Of a stretch of DNA of 64,000 nucleotides, positions 45,697 through 55,030 are shown in pieces (the first letter of the stretch is position 1; each line of letters begins with the position of its first letter). The DNA comes from Dehalococcoidia bacterium (lineage in GTDB: Bacteria > Chloroflexota > Dehalococcoidia > Lucifugimonadales > UBA3495), in NCBI GenBank assembly GCA_965204865.1, contig OZ242027.1, positions 2,243,986-2,307,985 on the forward strand. The letters are read 5' to 3'. A model generated the notes under the pieces. The model saw only the letters and a program-made list of their open reading frames with translations, did no database searches and was not told the origin of the DNA. Position numbers and translations under genes: made by a program.

Positions 45697-46710
45697 CTAC
45701 CGGCGCGGAGGGGGTGGGGTTAATTTCCGTCTTTTTTCGCGCCGTTCCAGTAACCTCCTGTATTCCTCTCTGAGTTGTTCTTGCTCCTGCGTCCGAAACT
45801 CCGCAAGATAGGCGAGGGCGCGGTCTACTGAAACTGTCGAAGGGGCGGCGAGGGTCAGTTCGATGCTCGCCTCTTCCAAGGCTTTCTGCTGGTAGGCCAG
45901 CCATGCGAGGCGGGGGACTTCGGCGTATGGGCCATCGGGACCGTAGGCGCCAGCATCCAGTACCGCGTTCTCCAGACCGTCTATCGCCATTTCGCGGCGC
46001 AGTTTTGCCGGCAATATTTCCTGCCAGTAGCGTTCGCGGCCAATGGCCTTAAGGTAAGCCTCTCTTTCCTCAAGGAACTGCTCAAGCAAGCGCCAGTCGT
46101 CTTCCGCAAGGTCCGCCATCAGCTCGGACGGGGTCGAGTTTTCGAGGAAGCCTACAAGGTCAGGGTGATTGGACTTTACCAACAGTTCCGTAAATCCCGC
46201 TTCGTCATGCGCCTGCGCTAACTTCACAAGCTCGATGAGGTCCGCCAAGCCCTCTGTCCGAAGGCGGTCCTGGTCGCGGACGGTTGAGACCTCTTCTTCC
46301 GCAGGAGTGTGCCCTTCCGCAACTGCCCGTTGGTAAAGGACAGAGTCTGCAACCGCAACTGCCAGCGCAACGGTTTCCGGGCCGTAAGAGAGTACCCGCT
46401 GGTGGCGCTCTAGTAAGGTATGCAAGTACGGAGCGTCAGTAGCCAACTCCCGCTCTGCGTATTCGATGCCCCTTTCTATGACGCGGAGATTTTCGAGGTA
46501 GGCTGACAGGCGGATGCACTCGTTATCGACGCGGGCTATGGCTGGGTCCTTGTCCCACGCGAAAAAGTCGCAGTCAGGACGGTAGGGCAACACCCATACG
46601 ACCGCGACCAGCGCGACTAAACAGATGGGTGGGAGCCAGCGGCGGAAGCCAGCGGGAATCAGCCTCGCTCCAGGATTATATTGCTGGCGCCATCCACCGA
46701 GGCGGTCCAA
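45697..46710 (-). CDS. hypothetical membrane-anchored protein
   Basis: One N-terminal hydrophobic helix (LPPICLVALVAVVWVL), helical Glu/Arg/Leu-rich remainder; overlaps hyuA 3' end by 52 nt so start uncertain. Confidence 0.45.
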   Translation of the reverse strand: MDRLGGWRQQYNPGARLIPAGFRRWLPPICLVALVAVVWVLPYRPDCDFFAWDKDPAIARVDNECIRLSAYLENLRVIERGIEYAERELATDAPYLHTLLERHQRVLSYGPETVALAVAVADSVLYQRAVAEGHTPAEEEVSTVRDQDRLRTEGLADLIELVKLAQAHDEAGFTELLVKSNHPDLVGFLENSTPSELMADLAEDDWRLLEQFLEEREAYLKAIGRERYWQEILPAKLRREMAIDGLENAVLDAGAYGPDGPYAEVPRLAWLAYQQKALEEASIELTLAAPSTVSVDRALAYLAEFRTQEQEQLREEYRRLLERREKRRKLTPPPPRR

Positions 46711-48743
46711 GTTGGCGGCACTACCGTTGTGGAGTCGTATTCCTCGATGATGAGAGGGCCTGCTTCGGAGCGGCCGGCGAGGCTGGGGCGGCTGACCACC
46801 GGGGTGTCGGCCCAGCCCCGGCTGGGGCCGAAGTAGACTGGCCGGGAGCCCTGGCTGCCATTGACGGCGGCAGGTAGCTCGAAGCGGTCCGGCATCCGCG
46901 CCTGCTCCGGCAGGCCGCGGGCTATGACGCGGATGTTGACCAGTTGGTAGCTGGCTTCGGTGCGGTAGCCGAAGGACTGTTCGTGTTCCTGGTCGAAGTT
47001 CTCGGCCATGGCGGTGAGGGTTGCCCGCGTGATGGGGCCGGGCGGCACGGCTACGGTGAGGTCGGAGACCTGGCCTTCGTATTTCATATCGGCCTGGGTT
47101 ATGAACTCGTGGCGTGATTCATCAAAGCCTTCCAGACGCAGTTGACGGCGGCCTTCCTCCCACATACCTTCGACCAGCCCGGCCAGGGTGGGCAGGTCTA
47201 TTTCCTCGAAGGTCTTGAAGTGGGTCTGGACGAAGTGATGCTCAACGTCGGCCACCAGCAGGCCGAAGCTGCTGAACACACCGGGGAAGGGCGGGACGAC
47301 TACGCGGGTTATGTCGAGCATCTCGGCGAGGCCAGCGGCGTGGACCGGGCCACCTCCGCCGAAGCATATCAGGTCGAAACGGCGGGGGTCGCGGCCCCGC
47401 TCGCTGGAGACGGCCCGCAATGCCCGGCCCATGTTGGAGTTGACCAGCAGGTGGATGCCGTGGGCCGCTTCTACATCGGACAAGTTCAGAGGGCTGGCGA
47501 CGTTGTCGGCGATAGCCTTGCGGGCCAACTCGGCATCTATGGGGAAGTCACCGGCCAGCAGGTGCTCCGGGTTGAGGTAGCCCAGCAGCACGTCGGCGTC
47601 GGTGACCGTGGCGTCCTGTCCGCCCAGTTGGTAGCAGGCTGGGCCGGGGAAGGCCCCGGAACTCTGGGGGCCGACGCGGAGGGAGCCGCTGCGGTCTACG
47701 GTGGCGATGCTGCCACCGCCCGCGCCCACCTCGGCCAGGTCTATGGCCGGGACGCGCAGGATGTGGCCGCTGCCCCGCAGCAGGCGGTGGCCGACGCTGA
47801 TGCCGCCGCCGACCTCGTACTCCGGGGCTTGCAGCATCTCGCCGTCCTCGATGATGGAGGCCTTTGCCGTGGTGCCGCCCATGTCCAGGGTCATCAGGTT
47901 GGGCATATCCAGGCGACGGCCCAGATGGAAGGCTCCGACAACCCCGGCAGCGGGGCCGGACTCGATACAGTAGACCGGACGCTCCATAGCGATGCCGGAG
48001 GTTGCCAGCCCGCCGTTGGATTGCATGACTGACAGAGGGACGGCAATGCCCATAGTTTCAAGGCCCTCGGTCAATAGGGTCAGGTAGCGCTCCACCACCG
48101 GGCGGACGTAGCTGTTGATGACGGTGGTGCTGGTGCGCTCGTACTCCTTCATCTCCGGGAGCAGGTCGGACGAGAGGGTCTGGATTACCCCCGGGGCACG
48201 TTCGCTGAGGACTTGGGCGATGTACTGCTCGTGGGCCGGGTTGGCGTAAGAATGGAGCAGGCAGACGGCGACAGACTCGGCTCCGCTGTCCACCACGGCC
48301 TGCACTGCGCGGTCAACTGAAGTGGTATCCAGGGGATGCAGCACCTCGCCGCGGAAGTTCAGCCGCTCACCCACTTCCAAACGGTACTGACGCTTGACCA
48401 GGGTGGGGGATTTTTCATAGTAGAGGTCGTAGAGACGAGGCGTGCGGTTGCGGCGGAACTCCAGCACGTCTCGGAAGCCCTCGGTGGTGATGAGGGCGGT
48501 GTGCGCCCCTTTCTCTTCGATGATGGCGTTGGTGGCGACGGTAAAGCCGTGGCCGACCTCGGTAACTGAGCCCGGTTCGATGCCCAGCTCTTCCATGCCA
48601 GCGCGGATGCCGTCCAGCACGGCGCGGCTGTAATCGTCGGGGGTACTGGCTATCTTGCGGGTCAGCACCTGCCCGTCGCCGCCTAGGAACACGATGTCGG
48701 TGAAGGTGCCGCCGATGTCTACGCCGATGCGGAAGTCTGGCAT
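46659..48743 (-). CDS. hyuA: hydantoinase A/oxoprolinase-family protein
   Basis: 694 aa; IGVDIGGTFTDIV, DMGGTTAK motifs. Confidence 0.9.
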   Translation of the reverse strand: MPDFRIGVDIGGTFTDIVFLGGDGQVLTRKIASTPDDYSRAVLDGIRAGMEELGIEPGSVTEVGHGFTVATNAIIEEKGAHTALITTEGFRDVLEFRRNRTPRLYDLYYEKSPTLVKRQYRLEVGERLNFRGEVLHPLDTTSVDRAVQAVVDSGAESVAVCLLHSYANPAHEQYIAQVLSERAPGVIQTLSSDLLPEMKEYERTSTTVINSYVRPVVERYLTLLTEGLETMGIAVPLSVMQSNGGLATSGIAMERPVYCIESGPAAGVVGAFHLGRRLDMPNLMTLDMGGTTAKASIIEDGEMLQAPEYEVGGGISVGHRLLRGSGHILRVPAIDLAEVGAGGGSIATVDRSGSLRVGPQSSGAFPGPACYQLGGQDATVTDADVLLGYLNPEHLLAGDFPIDAELARKAIADNVASPLNLSDVEAAHGIHLLVNSNMGRALRAVSSERGRDPRRFDLICFGGGGPVHAAGLAEMLDITRVVVPPFPGVFSSFGLLVADVEHHFVQTHFKTFEEIDLPTLAGLVEGMWEEGRRQLRLEGFDESRHEFITQADMKYEGQVSDLTVAVPPGPITRATLTAMAENFDQEHEQSFGYRTEASYQLVNIRVIARGLPEQARMPDRFELPAAVNGSQGSRPVYFGPSRGWADTPVVSRPSLAGRSEAGPLIIEEYDSTTVVPPTWTASVDGASNIILERG

Positions 48744-48770
48744 GGTGGTGTCCTGTCAGTTAAGAATGAT

Positions 48771-50819
48771 TCAGCACCTGTTCCGGTTTGGAACATATCG
48801 AGTTGAATTTTCCTGGTGCTCACGGAGTTGCCTCACAAAGAAACGGGTCGGAATGCATCCCAAAGTGGACTCATCCTCGAAAAGCAAAAACTCTCGCAGA
48901 TTTTCAAGCGTTGTCAATTCCGTATGAACCGGCTCGGCCAGATTGTCCATGTCCAGATGCAGCACTTCTAAATCGCTCATGCCGCTGATTTCGGGCGGGA
49001 ATGTTCCGCTCAGGGATGTGTGGGTAATGATCAGCTTCTTCAAGTTGGTGAAGTTGCCCAACTCGATTGGCAGTTCACCGTGCAGTCCTTTGCCGGCCAA
49101 CACAAGAGTTTCCAGTGCATCGAGTGTGCCAATCCGCGGATATACCTTGGCAATGCGATAGTGGGCGTAGATTTCAAGTCCCACTACCCGCCGGGGTGTG
49201 CCTCCAATAGTGACACGGCTCCACTGTTCCATGGGGCGGTCATGGCGCCAGCTCGGCAACCCACCTCCTCCCCCTAGAGCGTCTCTGAGGCTCAGCAACG
49301 TTCTACAGTCGCCGACGAGGCCGGGGTTGACTTCAGGGTTCGCCACCAGGAAATCCGAACAGGACTTGATGTACTCGTCTTCGACAATCAGTTCAGCAGA
49401 ATCCTCCGTGCGCTCTCGTCTGACCAGGGGCTGGAGTTTCGAGCCATGGAAATCCGTGACATACAGAAGGGTATCGGAGCTGATGTTCAGATTTTCCGTG
49501 AAGTAGACGGCGATCCCGGATGGGTGGACGCCCATCTCTCCCTTTCCGGTGGAGGGATGGTAGGGCCAAGAGGGTCTCATTGTCGGTAAGGGAAAATCTC
49601 CAAGAAATTCCGTAGCCCCGCCGTCTGGACTCACCGCATAGATCCCGGAATGAGTCCGGTGATTCCACCATTCGCCCTTGTTCTTCCAGTTGGTTACTAG
49701 CCAGAAGAGCAAGGAAGAACCTTCGGTTGACCAGGATACCGGCAATTGCCAATATTTGCCGTATTCCGGGGGCCTGGGAATTTGGGGTACGGGGACCTCG
49801 TGGAGGTGGCGACTGCCCAATTCCATGGCAAAAAGAATGGGCGATTCTCCATACACAGTAGCCGAAAACGCCATGCGGCTTCCGTCGGGCGACCAGGTCA
49901 GGCCCTCGACCTTTTCCTCCGGAACATTCCAGTCTTCTCTATTCGACCTGCCCCGGGGGTTGAAGTCGGGACTGAGTGTTCCATCCCACAGCTTGACCGG
50001 GTTGGCCCCGTCAGGCGCCACGGTGTAGATAACCTCCCGGGAAAAGAGCCCGGCCCGTACTTCCCTGGTCGGAGTGCCAGAAAGTGGGGTCGCACTCGGG
50101 TTGTTTCGGGCAACCCTGTTGCCCGACTCTTCCGCCCACTCCGTGGCAACAAAGGCCAGGTTCTGTCCGTCGGGAGACCAAGCCGGCGCAGTCCCCGCCA
50201 CTGCACTGGTTTCGTCGCTTACCTTTAGGATTTCCGACCCGTCGGCCTTCATAGTAAATAGGGCGAAATGACCCCTGCCCAATTCATAGCCATCGGAATC
50301 GCGGTCTGACTGGAAAGCGATTCGCGTACCGTCGGGAGACCACACCGGGTTGGTGTCGGTGGCGTCGTGATCGGTCAGTCTCTGACGGTTCGAACCGTCG
50401 ACGTCGGAGAGATAAATGTCAAAGTTGGCCTCGCAGTGGTCCGACGAATTCTGAATGTATGCGACTTTGGAGCCATCCGGCGAGATTGCCGGAGACAAGG
50501 GAGACTGCAACAGATCCATGTCCCTGTATGGCCCCGGATCTAGGTATGGCCCCACTACTTGCATCAGGGAAGAGCCATCGGAGGCCACGACGTAGACTGC
50601 GCCCCGGTGCAAAAACGCGATGCGTGTTCCATCCGCGGACCAGGTAGGGCGGGAATGAGGCCGTGCCCGGTCGTACTTGTAGCCTATATCCGCCTCGAAA
50701 CAACTACCGTTACAAGAAGGCCCCGGTGAGGAACCCATCTGGGATAGCGCCAGGAGAGCCAGAGCCAAGAGGCATACGACCCTCCCCGAGGTGGGGGCGA
50801 GCATCTTCAGTCCGCGCAT
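48771..50819 (-). CDS. secreted TolB-like (PD40) beta-propeller protein with C-terminal leucine-rich repeats
   Basis: Signal-like N-terminus; WSADGTRIAF, SPDGSKVAY, WSPDGTRIAF, WSPDGQNLAF, WSPDGSRMAF; C-terminal ..LHGELPIELGNFTNLKKLIITHTSLSGTFPPEISGMSDLEVL..; about 48% G+C on a sampled 3' line. Confidence 0.75.
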   Translation of the reverse strand: MRGLKMLAPTSGRVVCLLALALLALSQMGSSPGPSCNGSCFEADIGYKYDRARPHSRPTWSADGTRIAFLHRGAVYVVASDGSSLMQVVGPYLDPGPYRDMDLLQSPLSPAISPDGSKVAYIQNSSDHCEANFDIYLSDVDGSNRQRLTDHDATDTNPVWSPDGTRIAFQSDRDSDGYELGRGHFALFTMKADGSEILKVSDETSAVAGTAPAWSPDGQNLAFVATEWAEESGNRVARNNPSATPLSGTPTREVRAGLFSREVIYTVAPDGANPVKLWDGTLSPDFNPRGRSNREDWNVPEEKVEGLTWSPDGSRMAFSATVYGESPILFAMELGSRHLHEVPVPQIPRPPEYGKYWQLPVSWSTEGSSLLFWLVTNWKNKGEWWNHRTHSGIYAVSPDGGATEFLGDFPLPTMRPSWPYHPSTGKGEMGVHPSGIAVYFTENLNISSDTLLYVTDFHGSKLQPLVRRERTEDSAELIVEDEYIKSCSDFLVANPEVNPGLVGDCRTLLSLRDALGGGGGLPSWRHDRPMEQWSRVTIGGTPRRVVGLEIYAHYRIAKVYPRIGTLDALETLVLAGKGLHGELPIELGNFTNLKKLIITHTSLSGTFPPEISGMSDLEVLHLDMDNLAEPVHTELTTLENLREFLLFEDESTLGCIPTRFFVRQLREHQENSTRYVPNRNRC

Positions 50820-50829
50820 CGCGCTACCC

Positions 50830-52296
50830 TCAGCCGCCGAGGCACTTGCCTAGCCAGGCCCGGCCGTCCCGGGCGAGGAAGTCATCGGCAGCGAATGGAC
50901 CTTCGGTGCCAGGGTCATAGACCTCCGGTAGGCGGGATGATGGGTCGGACAGGCCCTCGATGAGGGGGTCCATGATGCTCCAGGACTGCTCGATTTCATC
51001 GCTGCGGATGAAGAGGGAGGCGTCACCGTTGAGGGCGTCCAGCAGCAGGCGCTCGTAAGCATCGGGTATTTCCTGGCCGCCGAAGGAGTCCTCGTAGTGG
51101 AATTCCAAGTTCACGGGGCGGAGGTCCAGGGCCGAGTCCGGGGTCTTGGCCTGGAATTCCAGATGCACGCCCTCGTTGGGCTGGACGCAGATTGACAGGG
51201 TGTTGGAAGTTATGTCGCCGCTGCTGCCTTGCGGGAAGATGAGATGGGGCGGGCGGCGGAATTGAATCAGCACCTCGGTCTTCTTGCTGCTCAGGGCCTT
51301 GCCGGAGCGCAGGTAGAAGGGCACTCCCTGCCAGCGCCAGTTGTCCACGTCCAGCCGGAGGGCAGCGTAGGTGGCGGTGCGGGAATCGGGCGGAACGCCG
51401 GGTTCGTCGAGATAGCCGTCGTACTGTCCCCGCACGGCATAGATTGGAGCATCCCGGGCTGATATGCGCCGCACCGCTTTCAGCACCTTGACCTTCTCGT
51501 TGCGGAGGGTGTCGGCCTCGAAGGTGGAGGGCGGCTCCATGGCGACCACGGCCAGCAGTTGCAGGATGTGGCTCTGGAACATATCCCGCAGCACGCCGGC
51601 CCGGTCGTAGTAGGGGGCGCGCTCGGCGATAGACACGGACTCCGCCACTGTAATCTGTATGTTGTCTATGTAGTTGCGAGACCAGATTGGCTCGAAAATG
51701 GCGTTGGCGAAACGGAAAACCAGGAGATTCTGGACCGTCTCCTTGCCGAGATAGTGGTCTATCCGATAGACCTGATGTTCGGCGAATACCGAGTGGACGA
51801 CGTGGTTGAGTTCTTTGGCGGTTTCCAGGTTAACGCCGAAAGGCTTTTCCACCACGACCCTGCGCCAGCAGCCGTTTTCGACCTGGTATCCCGCCCGGCC
51901 CAGGGCCTGGACAGCCGGGGCAAACAGAAACGGGGCCAATGCCAGGTAGTAGAGGCGGTTGGCGGGCTTTTCGGGCGACTCGATGTTGCTCAGAGTGCGT
52001 TCCAGTTCGCGAAAGCCGTCGGGAGCCGAAACGTCGCCGTAGCAACTGTGGACCCGGTTGGCAAAGTCGTTCCATAGTTCAGGCGCGGGAGGGAAGTCGG
52101 CTTCCTGACCGAAACCCTGGTAGAAGGAAGCGCGGAATTCGTCGGCGGTCATATCACTGCGAGAGACGCCGACTATCTGGACTTCCGGGCCCAGGCGGCC
52201 TTTCGCGTAGAGGTCGGCTAAGGCCGGGGCCAGCTTATTGCTGGCGAGATCGCCCGATGCGCCGAAAATGACGAGAGTGGTGGTCTGGTCTGTCAT
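50830..52296 (-). CDS. zwf: glucose-6-phosphate dehydrogenase
   Basis: IFGASGDLA, RIDHYLGKE motifs; ATG 52296 abuts REP-A. Confidence 0.92.
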   Translation of the reverse strand: MTDQTTTLVIFGASGDLASNKLAPALADLYAKGRLGPEVQIVGVSRSDMTADEFRASFYQGFGQEADFPPAPELWNDFANRVHSCYGDVSAPDGFRELERTLSNIESPEKPANRLYYLALAPFLFAPAVQALGRAGYQVENGCWRRVVVEKPFGVNLETAKELNHVVHSVFAEHQVYRIDHYLGKETVQNLLVFRFANAIFEPIWSRNYIDNIQITVAESVSIAERAPYYDRAGVLRDMFQSHILQLLAVVAMEPPSTFEADTLRNEKVKVLKAVRRISARDAPIYAVRGQYDGYLDEPGVPPDSRTATYAALRLDVDNWRWQGVPFYLRSGKALSSKKTEVLIQFRRPPHLIFPQGSSGDITSNTLSICVQPNEGVHLEFQAKTPDSALDLRPVNLEFHYEDSFGGQEIPDAYERLLLDALNGDASLFIRSDEIEQSWSIMDPLIEGLSDPSSRLPEVYDPGTEGPFAADDFLARDGRAWLGKCLGG

Positions 52297-52363
52297 GCCC
52301 TCACCCTAACCCTCTCCCTTTGGGAGAGGGAAAATGGGTAATCCTTTCCCAGAGGGAGAAGGA
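52297..52363 (+). repeat. REP-A copy plus adjacent degenerate hairpin
   Basis: GCCCTCACCCTAACCCTCTCCCtttGGGAGAGGGaaaa ... TCCTTTCCCagaGGGAGAAGGA; spacer gnd/zwf. Confidence 0.85.
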
Positions 52364-52379
52364 ACTATCAGTGGCCGGG

Positions 52380-53291
52380 CTAATCGCCGCTGCGCCTTAC
52401 GGCGTGGCCGCCGAACTGCTGGCGTAGGGCGGCAAGCATTTTGGCTCCCAGCGGGCCGTCCTGCCGGGAGCGGAAACGCTGCTGCAAGGCCGCCGTGATA
52501 GCCGGTATCGGCACGGCCAGGTCAACGGATTCCTCCACCGTCCAGCGGCCTTCGCCGGAATCTTCCACGTAGGCTTGCAGGCTATCCAGCCGCGGGTCTT
52601 CCTTCAGCGCGGCGGCGGCCAGGTCCAGCAGCCAGGAGCGGACGACTGCGCCGTAACGCCAGGTCTCGGCAATGGCGGCGAGGTCCAGGTCGAACTCATC
52701 CTTGGCCGACAGCAGCTCGAAACCCTCGGCGTAGGCTTCCATCAAGGCGTACTCGACGCCGTTATGCACCATCTTTACGAAATGGCCCGCTCCGCTGGGG
52801 CCGACGTGGGAGTAGCCGGTAGTTTCGCTGGGGGCCAGGCTGCGGAAGGCGGGTTCGAGGCGCTTCACCGCCCCCTCGGGCCCGCCGACCATGAGGCAGA
52901 AGCCGGTGGTCAGCCCCCAGATGCCTCCACTGGTTCCCACATCAATGAAGTCAATGCCATGCGTCGCCAGCGCTTCTGCGCGACGCATGGAGTCCTTGTA
53001 ATTGGCGTTGCCGCCGTCGAGGATGGCGTCGCCGGGGGAGAGCAAAGGAGACAAGCTGTCCATAGTATCTTGGGTTGGCTGCCCTTGAGGCAGCATCAGC
53101 CATACGGCCCGCGGTGGGGTAAGCATAGAGACTAAGGAGGGCAGGGAACCGGCGCCTTCGACGCCGAACTGGGCGCTGTCGGCCACGGCTTCGGCGTTGA
53201 GGTCATAGGAAACGACCCGGTGTCCGCCGAGAATCAGCCGCCGCGCCATGTTGGCGCCCATACGCCCGAGGCCTACCAGTCCGATTTCCAA
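52380..53291 (-). CDS. gnd: 6-phosphogluconate dehydrogenase, short (about 300 aa) decarboxylating type
   Basis: TTG start 53291 with AAGGAGG 7 nt upstream; GLVGLGRMGANMARRL Rossmann motif. Confidence 0.88.
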   Translation of the reverse strand: MEIGLVGLGRMGANMARRLILGGHRVVSYDLNAEAVADSAQFGVEGAGSLPSLVSMLTPPRAVWLMLPQGQPTQDTMDSLSPLLSPGDAILDGGNANYKDSMRRAEALATHGIDFIDVGTSGGIWGLTTGFCLMVGGPEGAVKRLEPAFRSLAPSETTGYSHVGPSGAGHFVKMVHNGVEYALMEAYAEGFELLSAKDEFDLDLAAIAETWRYGAVVRSWLLDLAAAALKEDPRLDSLQAYVEDSGEGRWTVEESVDLAVPIPAITAALQQRFRSRQDGPLGAKMLAALRQQFGGHAVRRSGD

Positions 53292-53325
53292 AGAAACGCC
53301 TCCTTACTTGCCTCTGCCTGCGGGT

Positions 53326-53368
53326 CGCCTCGCCCTAACCATATCCCTATCCCTCAAGGGATAGGGGG
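53326..53368 (+). repeat. REP-A-related copy (variant hairpin)
   Basis: cgcctcGCCCTAACCatATCCCTATCCCTcaaGGGATAGGGgg; spacer pgi/gnd. Confidence 0.7.
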
Positions 53369-53381
53369 CCCTTTGCGTACG

Positions 53382-55028
53382 CTAAAATTCGTCGAGGAGG
53401 CGGCGCAGCCCGCTGACGGCGTCGTCGCCGAGGTTGACGGCCACCAGGCGGCGGCCAAGGTTGGTGAGCGCCTGGTAGTCGCCGATGGCCTGAGCAGCGG
53501 CCAGAACGTCGAAGCCGTACTGCTGCCCTGGAATCGGCAGTTCTTGGTAGCGGTCTACAGTCAGTTGCAAGTACAGACCGGAGCCGGGGCCGCCCTTGTG
53601 AAGCTGCCCGGTAGAGTGCAGGTAGCGAGGCCCGTAGCCGACTGTGGTGGCTATGCGGCGCCGCTCCACTATGCGCGACCGCAGTTCGTCCAACAGGGCG
53701 TCTGCCTCCGGGTCTGGCGGGAAGTAGGACATTATGGCTAAGTAATCGCCCGGGTGGGCTTGGTCGAGTAAGGCCGCCAAGGAACCCGATGCAGCGCGCT
53801 CCGGCAGATGTCCCTGTCTCAGGAAAGCGTCCAACAGGCTGTCGGTGTTGTCCTTCGCGCCCTGCACGTCAGGCTGGTCGAAGGGATGAATGTCCAGCAT
53901 TGAACCGGCTATCGCAGTCGCGTATTCCCAGCGGAAGAACTCAGCGCCCAGAGAGTAGTGGTCGGCCAATTCCAGCCGCGCCACCGGATGCCCGGCGGTT
54001 TCCAACCGCTCGACCGCTTCATCCGACGCCCTCACCCTGGCCCTCTCCCAGTGGGAGAGGGAACTGTCCTCGGCTCGCAGGTATACGAACAGCCGGTCAT
54101 CGGCGTAGCAGTCCGGGGGTAGCACGGGCTCCCCGGCCACCGGAACGATGCCCCGACCTTCTTTGCCCAGGCTTTCGGCAATCATCTGCTCTACCCAAAG
54201 TCCAAAGCTGTCTATGGGCGGTGGGGTAATCAGCGTTACCTTGTCCCGTCCGGCCAGGGTCATCGCGCCGAGCAATGCGCCCAGGCGGAGGCCGGGGTTG
54301 GCGTCGTCATCGGAGCCCAAGCACTGGTCGCGCATTTCAGCAGCGGAGTCTAGCAATCGGACTACCTCTATACCGGTCAGGGCCGCAGGCAGCATCCCGA
54401 ACCACGACAACACCGAGTAGCGCCCGCCAATATCCGCCGGGTTCAGGAACACCCGGCGGAAGCCTGCTTCTTGGCCTAGACGCTCCAGGGGGGTACCAGA
54501 GTCGGTGATGGCGACGAAGTTGGCGCCTGCCCGGCCATCGGGCCGCGCCAATTCCGCCAGTTCGCGAAAATACCGGTAAAAGGATAGCGTTTCAATGGTG
54601 CCGCCGGACTTCGAGGAAACGATGAAGAGGGTATGCGCCGGGTCAATGGCGTCGGAAACGGCAGTCACCTGCCCGGGGATGGTGGAGTCCAGCAGGGTGA
54701 GCCGGGGGTTTTCCTTCGGGATGAGCTGGCTGGCGAGAAAGGAGCGGCGCAGGACCTCCGGCCCAAGACTGCTGCCGCCCATCCCCAGCAACACAACGTC
54801 GCGGAAACCCTCAGCGCAGATTTCGTTTACGAAGGCCGATAACTCCGGCAAATGGGGGCGCAGGAAATCCCCGGCGTCCAGCCAGCCCAGCCGGTCAGAG
54901 ATTTCCCGCGGGTCGGAACGCCAGACGGTATAGTCATGCTCCCATATACGCTGGTGGACGCGCTGCCTTAGCAGGTCATCTAGGGCCTGCTCCGTTATCT
55001 CGGACATCCTATGCCCGGATTCGCTCAC
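53382..55028 (-). CDS. pgi: glucose-6-phosphate isomerase
   Basis: SIS motif LLGMGGSSLGPEV; GTG 55028 two nt after tkt stop (ATG 55007 alternative); contains in-frame REP-A copy. Confidence 0.85.
   Translation of the reverse strand: MSESGHRMSEITEQALDDLLRQRVHQRIWEHDYTVWRSDPREISDRLGWLDAGDFLRPHLPELSAFVNEICAEGFRDVVLLGMGGSSLGPEVLRRSFLASQLIPKENPRLTLLDSTIPGQVTAVSDAIDPAHTLFIVSSKSGGTIETLSFYRYFRELAELARPDGRAGANFVAITDSGTPLERLGQEAGFRRVFLNPADIGGRYSVLSWFGMLPAALTGIEVVRLLDSAAEMRDQCLGSDDDANPGLRLGALLGAMTLAGRDKVTLITPPPIDSFGLWVEQMIAESLGKEGRGIVPVAGEPVLPPDCYADDRLFVYLRAEDSSLSHWERARVRASDEAVERLETAGHPVARLELADHYSLGAEFFRWEYATAIAGSMLDIHPFDQPDVQGAKDNTDSLLDAFLRQGHLPERAASGSLAALLDQAHPGDYLAIMSYFPPDPEADALLDELRSRIVERRRIATTVGYGPRYLHSTGQLHKGGPGSGLYLQLTVDRYQELPIPGQQYGFDVLAAAQAIGDYQALTNLGRRLVAVNLGDDAVSGLRRLLDEF
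54025..54066 (+). repeat. REP-A copy inside pgi coding sequence
   Basis: GACGCCCTCACCCTGGCCCTCTCCCagtGGGAGAGGGaact; read in pgi frame as ..DSSLSHWERARVRAS.. Confidence 0.85.
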
Positions 55029-55030
55029 AA

